From positions 12,397,137 to 12,461,136 of the forward strand of contig NC_057755.1 in NCBI RefSeq assembly GCF_004010195.1: DNA of 64,000 nucleotides. The letters run 5' to 3'. This DNA is from Chiloscyllium plagiosum. Taxonomy: Eukaryota. Under the pieces are notes generated by a model. The model worked only from the letters and a program-made list of their open reading frames with translations, searched no databases and was not told the origin of the DNA. Below are positions 1-12,904 of this stretch, one piece after another. The stretch's first letter is position 1; each line of letters opens with the position of its first letter. Both the position numbers and the translations under genes were made by a program.

Positions 1-2230
1 CTATTTCATGTCCCCTTTTTGCCCTCCTGATTTCCCTCTTAAGTATACTCCTACTTTCTTTATACTCTTCTTAGGATTCACTCGATCTATCCTGTCTATA
101 CCTGACATATGCTTCCTTCTTTTTCTTAACCAAATCCTCAATTTCTTTAGTCATCCAGCATTCCCTATACCTACCAGCCTTCCCTTTCACCCTGACAGGA
201 ATATACTTTCTCTGGATTCTTGTTATCTCATTTCTGAAGGCTTCCCATTTTCCAGCCATCCCTTTACCTGCGAACATCTGCCTCCAATCAGCTTTCGAAA
301 GTTCTTGCCTAATACCGCCAAATTTGGCCTTTCTCCAATTTAGGTCATGGAGTTGTGATCTTTATCACCAAAATGCTCCCCCACCAAGAGATCTGACACT
401 TGGCCTGGTTCATTGCCAAGCACTAAATCCAGTATCGCCTCCCCTCTAGTCAGCCTATCTACATGTTGAGTCAGGAATCCTTCCTGGACACATCTGACAA
501 AAACTGCTCCTTCCAAACTATTTGCACTAAGAAGATTCCAATTAATATCATGGAAGTTGGAGAGCCCCATGAGAACAACCCTATTACTTCAGCACCTTTC
601 CAAATCTGCTCCTCTGTGTCTCTGTTGATATTGGGGGGGAGGGGGGTTGGAATGTGTGGGCGAGGGGGGGAGTCAATAGAAATCTCCCATTAATGGGACT
701 GCTCCTTTCCTGTTTCTGACTTCCACCCATAATGACTCATTAGACAAACCTTTCTGAACTCCCTCCCTTCTTGCAGCTATGATACTATTCCTGATTAGCA
801 ATGCCACTGCCCTACCTTTTTACCTCCCTCCCTATTCCCTTGGAAACATCTAAATCCCGGAACATCCAACAACCTTTCCTTCCCCTGTGATATCGTAGCT
901 CCAAGTACTGATCCATGCTGTAAGTTAATCACCCTTATTCCTGACACTTCTTGCGTTAAAATAGACACACGTCAATCCATCACACTGACTGCAACTTCGC
1001 TCTATCAACTCTCTTCCACCCAGACTCTCTGCATGCTGCATCTGCCCGTTCACCAGCTACCCCATTCTCTGATCCATAGCTCTGGTTCCCATCCCCTGCC
1101 AAACTAGTTTAAACACTCCTGAAGAGCAAACCTCCTGTACAGGTCCCACCTCCCTCAGGAGGTATCCCAATGATCCATATATCTGAAGCCCTCCCTCCTA
1201 CACCAGCTCTGCAGCCACGTGTTCAGCTGCACTTGCTCTTTGTTCCTCACCTCACTAGCCCGTGGCACCAGTAGCAATCCTGAGATTACTTCTCTGCTCG
1301 TTCTGCATTTTAGCTTCCAACCTAACTCCATATATTCACTTTTCAGGTCCTCATCCCTTGTCTTAGCTATGTCATTGGTACTGATGTGTACCACGACTCC
1401 TGGCTGCTCTCCATCCCCCTTAAGTATCCTGTGGATTCAATCTGAGATTCAATCCCTGACCCTGGCACCCGGGAGGCAACATACTATTCGGGAGTCTCGT
1501 TCGCGACAACAGAATCTCCTGTCTGTTCCTCTAACCATTGAATCTCCAATCACTATCACTCTCCTATTCTCCCCCTTTCCCTTCTGAGCCACAGAGCCAA
1601 GCTCAGTGCCAGAGATCTAGCCGCTGTGGCTTTCCCCTGATCCAACAGTATCCAAAGAGGACTACTACTCATTATTGAACGAATGGCCACACGGCACTGA
1701 CTGACTATTCCCTTTATAATGGTCACCCAGCCACCTTTTTCCTGTAACTTAGGTGTGACTACCTTCCTCTAACTCCTCTCTATCACCTGAAGATCATCCA
1801 GCACCAGTTCCGTTTCCCTAATGCGGCCTGTGAGGAGCTGGAGTTGAGTGCACTTCTCGTAGGTGAAGTCAGCAGGGACACCAGTGGTGCCCCTTACCTC
1901 CCACATCCTGCAAGAGGAACATGTAACTGCCCTAGCCTCCAAACCCTCTGCTCTAACTTGCCAAAAGAGATTTTTAAAATCCTTACCTTACCAACCCTCC
2001 ACACAGTGTCTTTTTTTTTAGTTGGAGGAAGAAGATAGATGGGAGACACTACATAAGTAGTGTCTTGGGTTTAGCCACAGCCCAAATGTATCAGTTCATT
2101 TGCCCAGCAGTCCCCATGTCCATTTCCACTCCTGTCAGCCTTCACTCTGCTGATTCACAATTCATATTCTAATTTACCTTCCCAGCTGCCTCCTGGCTCC
2201 CCCTCCTTTGACTCCCGCTGCTGAAGAGAT
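1..2230 (-). mobile_element. CR1-type LINE, 5' part (5' UTR, ORF1 SGNH esterase, ORF2 endonuclease), decayed; 1..343 may be a separate younger copy
   Basis: Minus ORFs VHISTNDIAK...VISGLLLVPRASEVRN (esterase) and AILDLVLGNEPGQV...GEHFGDKDHN (APE); 1..343 closely matches about 27419..27745. Confidence 0.85.
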
Positions 2231-3694
2231 TGTCTGTATTTCTCATCAGTCAGGCAGACCAGCATGATTGTATCAAAGAGAAATTTGGTTTGAGTTCCTT
2301 GGGGGTCAACTTGCAGAACGGTAAAAAGGAAACAGTAAGTGTAATTTCCAAATGACGTTTGATAAAATGCCCCATACTAGATGCTCATGGTGTAAGGATG
2401 ATATATTAGCATGGAGAGAGGATAGGCTAATGAATACAACTCAGGGGGCTGGGATAGATGGGCCTCTTTCAGGCTAACAGTTTGTAACCTGTGAAGTGCC
2501 ACAGGATAGTGCATGGGCCACAATGATATACAATCTATCAACGGCTGGATAGTTGGGCAAAAACTTGGCAGATGGAATATTGTGTTGGGAAATCAATGTG
2601 AGCATGTCCACTTTGGTAAGAAGAATAAAGAGCCTCTGAATGTACTGAAAGAACTGGTGTCAGTGCTCCATGAATTGAAACCCCTATTAAACTTTGAATT
2701 TTTGCCCATGATTCAAGTAGTAATCTAAAGACTATTACATTGGAGGTTCTGTGTTTTGATTTAGCTCCTAACTGTTCAAAATCTTTCAGCAGAAGTCCCT
2801 TTCTAGTTCTATTAATGCCATTGCTATCAGCATGTCTGCCAATAACTAAATCCTTCCCCTCCCAATGCAAGTTCCTCTCCAGGCAAGAGGAGTTATCCCA
2901 GACCTTAGCACCGTCTAGATAACACAGCCTTCAGGACATGCTCACAACTACATGGGTCAGTATCTATCCTTCTAATTATATCGCTCTCTACCATCACTTT
3001 TTATTCTCCTTCCCCAACCTTAATTGGCTTCCTGTACCATGATGCCATTGTCAGTTTGCTGCGGGTCTCACTCTTGTCTTTCCAGGCTACAGACTCTAAA
3101 GTGCAAAGAGTTTTAATGATATGTGCAAAAGTCTCCTAAGTACCTATTCCATTTCCCCAAGGTCTCTAAATGGATATCTTGTAAATCACGATCTAGCTAT
3201 TTTTATGCTTCCAAATTCTACCTGAAATATCATGTTTAAAAACATTAATATGAGTAGTTTCATTACTATCAATATTAATTTCACACAGTTAAGTATCATC
3301 TGAAAGAATGAAGACCAATACAAAGTTATTATACTTCACTGGGGTAGTGCGCTGAAATCAAACCCTGCTAATTCCTGGAATCATCTCAAAAGTGAATGAT
3401 TTTACAAAGCATATAGAATTCCTCAATCAACTACCTTTAAAAGACAAGTTGACAGAAAGCATGGACTAGGTTTTAGTACTTAACAAGAAACATTGCTATT
3501 TATTACAGATAAATATATTTAACGGACAATTGTAAGCCACATTGAAATCTACTACTTAAAACTCTATTCCACTTACAAATCCCTCACCTCCACATGCACA
3601 TATCAGCATGCAGACAAAATAACACGGGAGTTAAGGATGAAGGGGAAGACTGGAAAAGCAGTCAGTTGAGTGATCCCTGTCTACAGAGACTTTC

Positions 3695-3993
3695 ATTAGA
3701 TTAGATTCCCTACAGTGTGGAATCAGGTCCTTCGGCCCAACCAGTCCACACCGACCCTCCAAAGAGTAACCCACCCAGATCCATTTCCCTCTGACTAATG
3801 CACCTAGCACTTTGGGCAATGTAGTATGGCCAATTCACCTGCCTGCACGTCTTTGGATGATGGGAGGAAACTGGAGCAAACCCACGCAGACACGGGGAGA
3901 ATGTGCAAACTCCACACAGTCAGTCTGCCCGAGGCTGGAATTGAACCTGGGATCCTGGTACTGTGAGGCAGAAGTGATAAGTACTGAGCCACC
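3695..3993 (-). mobile_element. HE1-type tRNA-derived SINE
   Basis: Reverse complement of tRNA-like head, GTGGAGTTTGCAC core and TAATC tail. Confidence 0.9.
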
Positions 3994-4699
3994 CCACTTT
4001 GAGACAATCCTTTTACTGATTAGAATCTTGTTTCTTGGTCATGCTTCTCCAAGTACTTTCAGTTGCTTGCAGGAGGAACAGGTTGACTAGTTCACATTTT
4101 TACTTTTCTTTCACCTCATTTTATAACACACCTCTGGAGCAGGTGGGACTTGAACCTGGGCCTTCCAGTGCAGGATAGGGGCACAAACACTGCTTCACAC
4201 TTATAAGAGTCTTGCATTATTAATTAAAAGTCATGGCTTACTGTAATTGATAGGGAAGTTGGCTATCTTCAGTCTTGAGATGTTTTTTAATGCTGAGGAA
4301 AAAGCTTCTTCCCTTCTGTAGGTCTGATGATTTCTAACCTGAACATTCACAGGCAAAAACTGTTCAATAACCTGCCAAGCAATCACATTTCTTGGCAGGC
4401 AGGAGACCATAGTCATTGAGCTGTCTAACCTGGTGACCAGTTATCAATCGGCTACTTGTTGCTGGCCAAATCTCCCTTCATGCCCAGCCCCCTGGCTCCA
4501 GTTTGTAACTAGGCTTCCCCTATTGCTTGTACCAACTGTGTAAATAATGCGTGTTATGTAATTTGCTTTTAAAAAGTGCAACAATCCTTGGCTTTTAGAC
4601 TAATACTTTTCCCATTGTAGTCTACAGTCCACTGCTAAGGATGGGATGAGCCAAAGGATTTTTCTCTGTGCTACAAAACCTCTATGATTCTTTAAGTCT

Positions 4700-5730
4700 G
4701 AGGTTATACATTTGGGGAGGACTAAAGTCAAGGAATGCACAATAAATGGGAGGGAAATAAGAGAAGTAGAGGAAGTGAGAGACTTTTGGTATGTCTGTCC
4801 ATATGTACCTGAAGGTGATAGTACAGATAGTGAAGGTAGTAAAGGATATAAGACAATTTTCTTCAATGGGTGAGATATTGAATACAAGAGCATGAAGGTA
4901 ATGCCAAAATATGTTGGGTTACAGTTGGAACTTTGTGTACAATTCTGGCCACCACATCACAAGAAGGACATCATCAATGTAGAGAGACTACAGAGGATAC
5001 AAAAATGTTCATAGAGCTTGAAAATTGTAATTCCAAGGAAAGATTGGATAGGCTAGTGTTGGGTTTTTTTGTAGTTCGGAGAAGACTCAGGGTGACTTTA
5101 ACTGAGGTACACACTGAGCGGCACGGTGGCTCAGTGGTTAGTACTGCTACCTCACAGTGCCAGGGACCTGGATTCGATTCCAACCTCGGGTGACTGTATG
5201 TGTGAAGTTTGCACATTCTCCCCATGTCTACGTGGGTTTCCTCTGGGTGCTCCGGTTTCCTCCCACCGTCCAAAGATGTGCAGATTAATTGAATTAGTCA
5301 AGCTAAATTGCCCATAGTGTTCAGGGATGTGTAGGTTGGGTGCATTAGTCAGGGGAAATGTAGAGTAATAGGGTAAAGGAATGGGTGTGGGTGGGGTACC
5401 TTCACAGGGTTGGTGTGGACTTGTTGGGCCAAATGGCCTGCTTCCACACTGTAGGGATTCCGTGGTTCTATGAAAATGATGAGGGGCTTGCATAGAGGTA
5501 GAAGAATTAGTCATGAGGAAAAATATTTTCACCCAGAGGGTAGTGGTGTCTGTCCAGTTTGGTGGTTGAGACAAAAGCCACAATTCATTTAAAAGGACCC
5601 TGGACACACCCCTGAACCATTGCAAGGCTATGGACCAGTCCTGTTAGAATGGGCAACTAGTTTATTCAGCTGGCACTGGCATGATGAGCTGAATGCCTTT
5701 TTTCATGTGCTGTAACTTTTCATGGCTCCA
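4700..5730 (+). mobile_element. Old CR1 3' fragment interrupted by an HE1 SINE
   Basis: Decayed CR1 C-terminal motifs (VQFWPP, ERLDRL, FTQRVV) either side of the SINE. Confidence 0.65.
5118..5470 (+). mobile_element. HE1-type SINE
   Basis: GCGGCACGGTGGCTCAGTGGTTAG head with A- and B-box, CR1-like 3' tail. Confidence 0.9.
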
Positions 5731-5739
5731 TCTAACATT

Positions 5740-6160
5740 TTGAACCTTTTCCATGAGGTATTTGCTGGGAAGTGATCTTTGGGAGTTTTACTCTGTATCT
5801 AATCCCTTTTGTTTGATAGAGACACTGTAGATGGAGTTTTAGTCTGTGTCTAAATCATGCTATACCTGCTCTGTGTGTGTTTGATGGAACAGTGTAGAGG
5901 GTGCTAATTCTATATCTAACCCCATGCTGTACTTGTGCTGGGAATATGTGATTGGAACAGTGTACTGCAAACTTTATTCCGTATCTCACCATATGTTGTA
6001 CTTGCCCTAGGAGTGTTTGGTCCAGCAAAGAAGAAGGAGTTTCACTCTAGTCCATAACCTTTGTTCTATTTGTCCTGGGAATGTCAAATGGCAATGGCGT
6101 GCAGAGAGCTTTAGTCTGTATCTACCACTATCTAGTCTGTACCTTCTCTGAATAGTTTTG
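5740..6160. repeat. Degenerate tandem repeat, about 68-bp unit, about 6 copies
   Basis: Recurring GGAGTTTTACTCTGTATCTAACC...CTGGGAGTGTTTGATGGAACAGTGTAGA with starts near 5781, 5833, 5899, 5967, 6036, 6106. Confidence 0.75.
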
Positions 6161-6335
6161 ATGAATTAGTCTAATAATGAATGGAGAAGGTACATGTATT
6201 CCACATGCATCACTCACATAGCATAATTTTCATGCATTCCTGCTGCTATTTCTTATGCTATTACAATAAAGTTATTGTGGAAAGTGGAATCCCACACAGT
6301 TTTTCAATTTGCTGAAAATTGTATTGTTTTACTAG

Positions 6336-6435
6336 GATTATGAAGTGGATGTGCTGTCTATAGTGAATGATACCGTGGGAACCATGATGACATGTGCATT
6401 TGACGACCCATACTGTGAGATTGGCGTTGTTATTG
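6336..6435 (+). CDS. HKDC1: Hexokinase (HKDC1-like), exon 6 equivalent
   Basis: tag|GAT...ATTG|gtaat; 100 bp; DYEVDVLSIVNDTVGTMMTCAFDDPYCEIGVVI(G) with the NDT motif; DDPYCE resembles HKDC1. Confidence 0.92.
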
Positions 6436-6515
6436 GTAATAAGGAATTTGCACTCACAATTTGGTTTTTAAACATATGAGATCAAACTGTTAAATCAGCA
6501 ATCTGCTATCTTCAG

Positions 6516-6699
6516 GAACTGGCACGAATGCTTGTTACATGGAGGAATTGAGACACATCCAACCGGTGGAAGGTGATGAAGGACGAATGTGCATCAACAC
6601 GGAATGGGGAGGATTCGGAGATGATGGCTCTTTGGAAGATATCAGGACTGTATTTGACAGGGAAGTGGATGATGGCTCCATCAATCCAGGGAAACAGTT
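6516..6699 (+). CDS. HKDC1: Hexokinase (HKDC1-like), exon 7 equivalent
   Basis: cag|GA...CAGTT|gtgagt; 184 bp; [62 protein letters not shown]. Confidence 0.93.
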
Positions 6700-7030
6700 G
6701 TGAGTTAACACTGAATCTTCCTTTAACTCACTCTTCCTTCAAGTTGCTGCTTTCCTGACTTCTGAAGTTACTTCCTGACGTTACTATGACCTTTCCTTAA
6801 GGTCCTGTTCTTAATCTCTAAGAATCCTCAATACAATTAAAAATAGGAAATGAGGTAATGTTCTGGCTCCTGTCACTATTCATTGGCTGCAATTTGATGA
6901 GGTGTTTGTGTGGATTGAGCCCAAACTAGCTCACCTTGACTATAAGCCTTGTTTAAAAAACTGACATTCACTCCCTTGACTTACATCTGAAAAGTGACCT
7001 CTTAGGCAAAGTTAGCTTTATGCCGTCAAT

Positions 7031-7149
7031 TGATCCATTGAAACCCTATTGATCTACTGACACCTATTAGTTTACTGATACCCATTGGCTCACATTAATC
7101 CATTCATACTTTGATTCACTGGCACCCATTGATCCACTGGAAACCATTA
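7031..7149. repeat. Degenerate minisatellite, about 18-bp unit
   Basis: About 6 units resembling TGATCCACTGACACCCAT. Confidence 0.6.
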
Positions 7150-7239
7150 GGCTTTGTGCAAAAACAGGAAAAGACAAAATGCCCAAAGCATTTATTTTTC
7201 TGAAAGCAACTGAAATCACATTTCCTTGTTGTCTTTCAG

Positions 7240-7395
7240 GTTTGAGAAAATGGTGTCTGCAATGTATTTGGGAGAACTTGTGCGGATTATTTTGGTCCGA
7301 ATAATTCAAAATGGAATGCTGTTCAAAGGAAAGACTTCATCTAAGCTGCTCACCAAAGGATCTATTGATATTGAAGACATTATTGCTATAGAGAA
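7240..7395 (+). CDS. HKDC1: Hexokinase (HKDC1-like), exon 8 equivalent
   Basis: tttcag|G...GAGAA|gtaagc; 156 bp; FEKMVSAMYLGELVRIILVRIIQNGMLFKGKTSSKLLTKGSIDIEDIIAIE. Confidence 0.92.
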
Positions 7396-7699
7396 GTAAG
7401 CATAGAGATCAAATATATACAACTGCCTGCTTCCCTTCCATGGTTACATTTGTGTATGTACTTGGGAAGGGAACTTGTGCTGTCGATCAGATCACTCTGA
7501 TATCAGCAACCATCACAGACACTGACTTGCATAAATCAGCAGCCCTCCCAAAATGAGATTTTAATTTCCTTTTTGATTCAATATTTTACAGTGCCCCTTA
7601 GGGGTTATTAATTTGGTCCATTGTTTTATTTACAATGGCTGAGGTAACACTCAGAACTGAAGCGGAATCGTGATCAAACAGCATTCAAACTGGCACATT

Positions 7700-8065
7700 A
7701 CTGAAGAGGGGGCAGTGAGGGAGACTGGCTAGTGAGGAAGGATGTACAATGAGGGAGGACACTGAAGGGATATACAGGACAGGGAGGGAGACGGAATGGG
7801 GAGGGAGATCAGACAGTGAGGGAGATGGGACGGGAAGGGAAAGAGGACATTAAGAGGGTTGGGAGATGGTGAGGGATTAAGAACAGGGGGAGAAAGCACA
7901 GTGAGGAAGATGGGGCAGGGAGGGGAATAGTACAGTGAGGGAGAGACCACAGTGAGGGACAAGGCAGATGGAGGGGGAGAGAAAGAGAGTACAGTGATAG
8001 GGCTGGGACAATATGGAAGAGGAGTCAGTGTAGGGAAGGGGTCAGTGTGGGGGAGGAGACAGTCC
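7700..8065. repeat. Purine-rich low-complexity tract
   Basis: Repeated ACAGTGAGGG(A/G) words and strong G/A bias. Confidence 0.7.
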
Positions 8066-8199
8066 AGAGCACAGGTTGAGCATGGGAGTATTTGTAAAGT
8101 CTTCTCTTCCTGTTAGTTGTCCACCGCCTTTTATGACTGGAAGCAGCAGGACTGCAGAGCTGAAATCTAATCTGTGGGTTGTGGGCCTACTTAGCTCTG

Positions 8200-8600
8200 T
8201 CTATTGTATGCTGCTTCTATTGAGATGAGGGCCACTGTGTGGTAATGTTTATCTTGCTCATGTCTATCCTGATCCCATGAGAATTCATGTGATCTAAAAT
8301 CAAAGTTGATAACTCCAAAGTAACTCCTTCCTGAGTATATACCTCTGAGGCACTACCTCTGGTAGTGCTGCTGGAATTTTATATTCCTAGGGCTGATGAT
8401 TGTGGTGTCTGGGGCATTAACTATAAGGTTTGAATCAGTGGAAATGGCTGATGATTGTTTATTTTTTGGGTTAGTTCTCCCAAATTTGGCAAGAGCTCCC
8501 AGATAATAGGAAGGAAAACTTCACAGGGTCATCAGAGCTGTGTTTGTCATTGTTATTTCCAATGCCTCGGTCAATGCCAGATGGTCCTATCTGAATTATT
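8200..8600 (-). mobile_element. Old fragment (endonuclease region) of the LINE family at 60096..63303
   Basis: Reverse-complement similarity to about 60450..60900 (e.g. CTCCCAAATTTGGCA vs TGCCAAAATTGGGAG). Confidence 0.55.
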
Positions 8601-8944
8601 CCTGTATTAATCTTAGGTATTTCAGAACCAAATGTTTTTGTGTTCCCGGTCATCATGACATTTAATAAGGAAAGCAATACAGGATGTGGTTCAAGCTCTT
8701 GTTAAAAGCAGCCATGGTCTAGTTACAATCCAAAGGCCATAGCTTTAAGTTACCAGGGCAGCAATGTCATTTAGTGCCCATGAAGAAGGAATTTCACTCT
8801 GTTTGTTGTCCAACATCATCACAACACTAAAAGCAGAACATGACTTTTCATCCATCCCATCGCTGTGTCCCTCCATGCCAACACCCCTCTCAAATTTCCT
8901 GCTTAAATTATTACATTTATCACTTTTCTGATAAAAGGTAATCA

Positions 8945-9200
8945 ATGTGAAACATTAATCATTTCTCTGTCCACAGACCTGCTGAGCATTTCCAACATTC
9001 TATGATTTTAATTCAGATGTTCAGCAACTATCTTGTATTTGTACAAAATGGTAAAATATTCCTGCTGTCTTTTTCATGACAACACCAAGTTCTGAAGAAG
9101 AGTCAGTCACTCGACTTGAAATGTTAACTCTAGTTCTCTCCACAAACACCACCAGATCTGCCAATCTGCCGAGTTCCTCCAGCAATTTCTGTTTTCGTCT
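8945..9200 (+). mobile_element. Penelope-like pLTR remnants with a hammerhead-like motif at 9088..9129
   Basis: AGTT-CTGAAGA-A-GAGTC...GACTT-GAAA-TG-TT-AACT. Confidence 0.55.
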
Positions 9201-9543
9201 ATCAGCCTGTCCTCAGTGTCCAGGAACTGTTAATATTGGCTTTTCCCTGTAGTCATTGCCTGCTCAGGATTCCCCTGAATTGCTGTTACCCAATGTTCAT
9301 GTTCAATAGCTGAAAGGCTATCTAGGGTTTGATTCAAATGCACCTCCTTTTGAGGGTTCATTAGTCATTCTCAGATTTCTAAATTCTTTCTGCTCATTTG
9401 AAAACCTGAATGCGCCCATGATTCTCTTCCTACTGCTGATCCAATGCCCTGTTGTAAAAGCCATGTCCAGCGATTGGATGATCAGGATAGACTGTGACCC
9501 TCTCTGCAGTATACCAGACTCTATCCCTCACTACTATATGGTG

Positions 9544-9765
9544 AAGTTAAAAATCACACAACACAGGTTATAGTCCAACAGGTTTATTTGGAAGTACTAG
9601 CTTTCAGAGCACTGCTCCTTCATCTAGGTAACTAGATGAGATAACTAGTTTTCTCATGTGCTTTTCTGGACTCTGACCTCCACTCACTTTCACCTATAAC
9701 CTGGTGTTGCATGATTTTTTAACTTTGTCCACCCCAATCCAACACCGGCACCTCTACATCATGGC
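9544..9765. mobile_element. Penelope-derived inverted-repeat mini-element (same family as 55269..55477)
   Basis: AAGTTAAAAATCACACAACAC...GTGTTGCATGATTTTTTAACTT inverted arms; decayed hammerhead core on the minus strand. Confidence 0.65.
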
Positions 9766-9969
9766 TACAATATGATGGATCGACAATGCAATATAACTCA
9801 GCAGCAATTAGAACTTTGATAGCAGAGAACTGGTAAAATAAAAATAAACAGACTTCACACCCTCCCACAGTAAAATAGAGGTTATATTTTCCAGCCTGAT
9901 TTGTTTTATTTTTGGCTGGAGGCACAGTTAGTTTTGTAGACATGCAAAGTGTTGCATTTTGCTAAGACT

Positions 9970-11550
9970 AACAAGGGCCCTTTGGTCCAAACTGGTCCAT
10001 GCCAACTAAAATGTCCACACTAACCCCACTTCCCTGCACTTGGCCCATATCTTTCTAAACTTTTCCTATCCATGTATTTGTCCAAATGCCCTTTAAATGT
10101 TGTTAATGTACTTGCCTCAACAACCACTTCCACTGGCAGCTCATTCCATATGCATACCACCCTCTGTATAAAAATGTTGCCCCGCAGCTTCCCTTTTATT
10201 CTTACCCCTCTAACCTTAAACTGATGCTGTCTAGTCCTCGATTCCCCAACCCTGGGAAAAAGACTGAGTGCATTCACCCTATCCATGCCTCTTGGGATCT
10301 TGTACACTTCCATAAGATTCCCCCTCAGTCTCCTACGCTCTAAAGAAAAAAGTCCGAGCTTGTCCAACCTCTCCCTATAACTCAGACCATTGAGTCCTGG
10401 CAACATCTTTGTAAATGTTTTCTGCACTCTTTCCAGTTTAATAACATCCTTCCTATTGCAAGGTGACCAAAACCAAACATAATACTCCAAGTGCAGCCTC
10501 ACCAACATCCTATACAACGTAAACATAACCACTCAACTTCAATACTCAATGCCCTGACTGATGAAGGCCAGTGTGCCAAAAGCCTCCTTCACTGTCTTGT
10601 CCACCTATGACTCTACTTTCAGAGAACTGTGCACCTGAACTCCAAGGTCCCTCTGTTCTACTGCACTCCTTAACCATTCACCATGAAACTCCTACCTTGA
10701 AATGACTTTCCAAAATGCAAGACTTCACACTTATCTATATTAAACTCCACTTCTCAGCCCACTTCCATAGCTGCTCAAAGTTCTGCTGCAATTTCTGATA
10801 ACCTTCCTTACTGTCCATGATACCACCTATTTGAGTGTCATCAGCAACCTTACTAACCATGCCTCATAATTCTCATCCAAATCATTGATATAGCTAACAA
10901 ACAGCAATGGGCTTAGCACTGATCTTGAGGCACTCCACTAGTCACAGGCCCCCAGTCCGACAAGCATCCTTCCACTATTACCTGCTTCCTACCATCAAGC
11001 CAATTTTGTTCCAATTGTCAGCTCCCTGTGGATTCCATGTGATCGAACCTTCCAGAGAAACCTCCCGTGATGAACCTTATCAAAGGCCTTACTGAAATCC
11101 ATATAGACTACTGCCCTGCCCTCATCAATCTTCCTGGTCACTTCATCAAAGAACTCTAACAATGGTGAGGCATGATCTCCCATGCACAAAGCCATGCTGA
11201 CTACTCCTAATCAAACCCTGTCTTTCCAAGTGCATGTATATCTTATCTCTCAGAATCTTCTCAAGTAGCTGACCTATCACAGATGTTAAGCTTACTGGTT
11301 TATAGTTCCCAGCTTTTTCTTTGTGGTCCTTCTTGAACAAGGACACAACACTTGCTACCCTCCTGTCTTCCTTGGCTAACGATGATGCAAAAATATCAGT
11401 CAGGATCTCTGCAATTTCTTCTCTAGCCTCTCGCAGTGTTCTTGAATATATCTGGTAAGGAACAGGAGATTTATCCACCTTCATCCATTCGAATACGTCC
11501 AAGACCTTGACTACTAAGATGTGGACTGTCCCCAAGATATCACTTCTAAC
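9970..11550 (-). mobile_element. CR1 LINE 3' part (RT and C-terminus)
   Basis: [48 protein letters not shown]. Confidence 0.9.
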
Positions 11551-11559
11551 TTCTCTAAA

Positions 11560-12200
11560 TTAATAAGAAATATTTAATCATCTCACGTCCACTGCCTTCT
11601 CAGTCAGAGAGTTCCATGTCACACAGTCCTCTGAGAGAAAATATCTATCTTCTCTGGCTTAATATGTTGGCCCCTATTTTAAAACAGTGCCCCCTAATTC
11701 TGAACTCACCTCACCTCTCCATATTTACCTTATCAACACCATTCAGGATCTTGTACACTTCAGTAGAATCATCCCTCATTCTTCTGAACTCTAGCAGAGT
11801 CCATAGCCTGTCCATAAGACAACCCATTCATTGCAGATATCAACCTAATAAAACCGCTCTAACTCACTCCTACCGCATTTACCTCATACTTAAATATAGA
11901 GCCCAAACTGCACATAGTATTTGAGATGTGGTCTCACTGATGACTGTAAAAGTGAAACATTACCATCCTTACTTTTATATTTAATTCCTCTCATAATAAA
12001 GGAAAACATCTCTTAATGTTCTTCATTATATGCTGTACTGCATACTAACTTCTTGTGACTCATAAACTTGAATTTTGGAATATTGTAATTGTAATCATCA
12101 TTTCAGTAATACTCTGTGTTTTGTCTTCTTCCTACAAAGTGAGCAACTTCACATTTTCTCACATTAAACTCTATCTGCCAGATTTTCTTTCACAGCTAAT
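11560..12200 (-). mobile_element. Highly decayed CR1 3' fragment
   Basis: Residual similarity to other CR1 3' regions in the window. Confidence 0.5.
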
Positions 12201-12428
12201 TATCTACTCATGAACTGAATTTTGTAACATAACAGGTGAAAGTATGGTGTGTAATGGGAATAAATTGTCTTTTTTCTGTCTGTGGGATGTCTGCACTGTG
12301 TTACTGTCATGCCCTGTCATTTTCACTGTGGCATTCAACAAGACAATGGAGATGATGAGCAGAATTAAGTCTCCCACAGTCATGTCATTTGGAGATGAAA
12401 GGTAAAGTGTTTGGGGAGCTGATGATTT

Positions 12429-12725
12429 AGAACATAGAACATAGAACAGTACAGCACAGAACAGGCCCTTCAGCCCACGATGTTGTGCCGACCATTGATC
12501 TTCATGTATGCACCCTCAAATTTCTGTGACCATATGCATGTCCAGCAGTCTCTTAAATGTCCCCAATGACCTTGCTTCCACAACTGCTGCTGGCAACGCA
12601 TTCCATGCTCTCACAACTCTCTGTGTAAAGAACCCGCCTCTGACATCCCCTCTACACTTTCCTCCAACCAGCTTAAAACTATGACCCCATGTGTTAGCCA
12701 TTTCTGCCCTGGGAAATAGTCTCCA
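12429..12725 (-). mobile_element. Young CR1 3' end with (TTCTATG)n tail
   Basis: FFTQRVVRAWNALP; close reverse complement of 59365..59522. Confidence 0.9.
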
Positions 12726-12807
12726 GTGAAGACACCAGTGTTGGACTGGGGTGTACAAAGTTAAAAATCACACAACACCAGGTTATAGTTCATCAGGTGA
12801 TTGTCCT
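12726..12807 (+). mobile_element. Penelope-derived mini-element remnant, split by the preceding CR1
   Basis: Matches 55272..55335; GGGAGCTGAT duplicated at 12414..12423 and 12808..12817. Confidence 0.65.
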
Positions 12808-12904
12808 GGGAGCTGATAGCATGCTTGTGAGGAATCCTTGTCGGATTCACTATTTTCACACAATCGATACCAATATTTCATTATTTCTGTGTCAATTTTG
12901 TCAG

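Noticed and set aside
5118..5190. tRNA genes at SINE heads (also 33944, 39828, 57301, 60096, 61553)
   Set aside because: A and B boxes are present but continue into SINE or LINE bodies; no complete cloverleaf or terminator.
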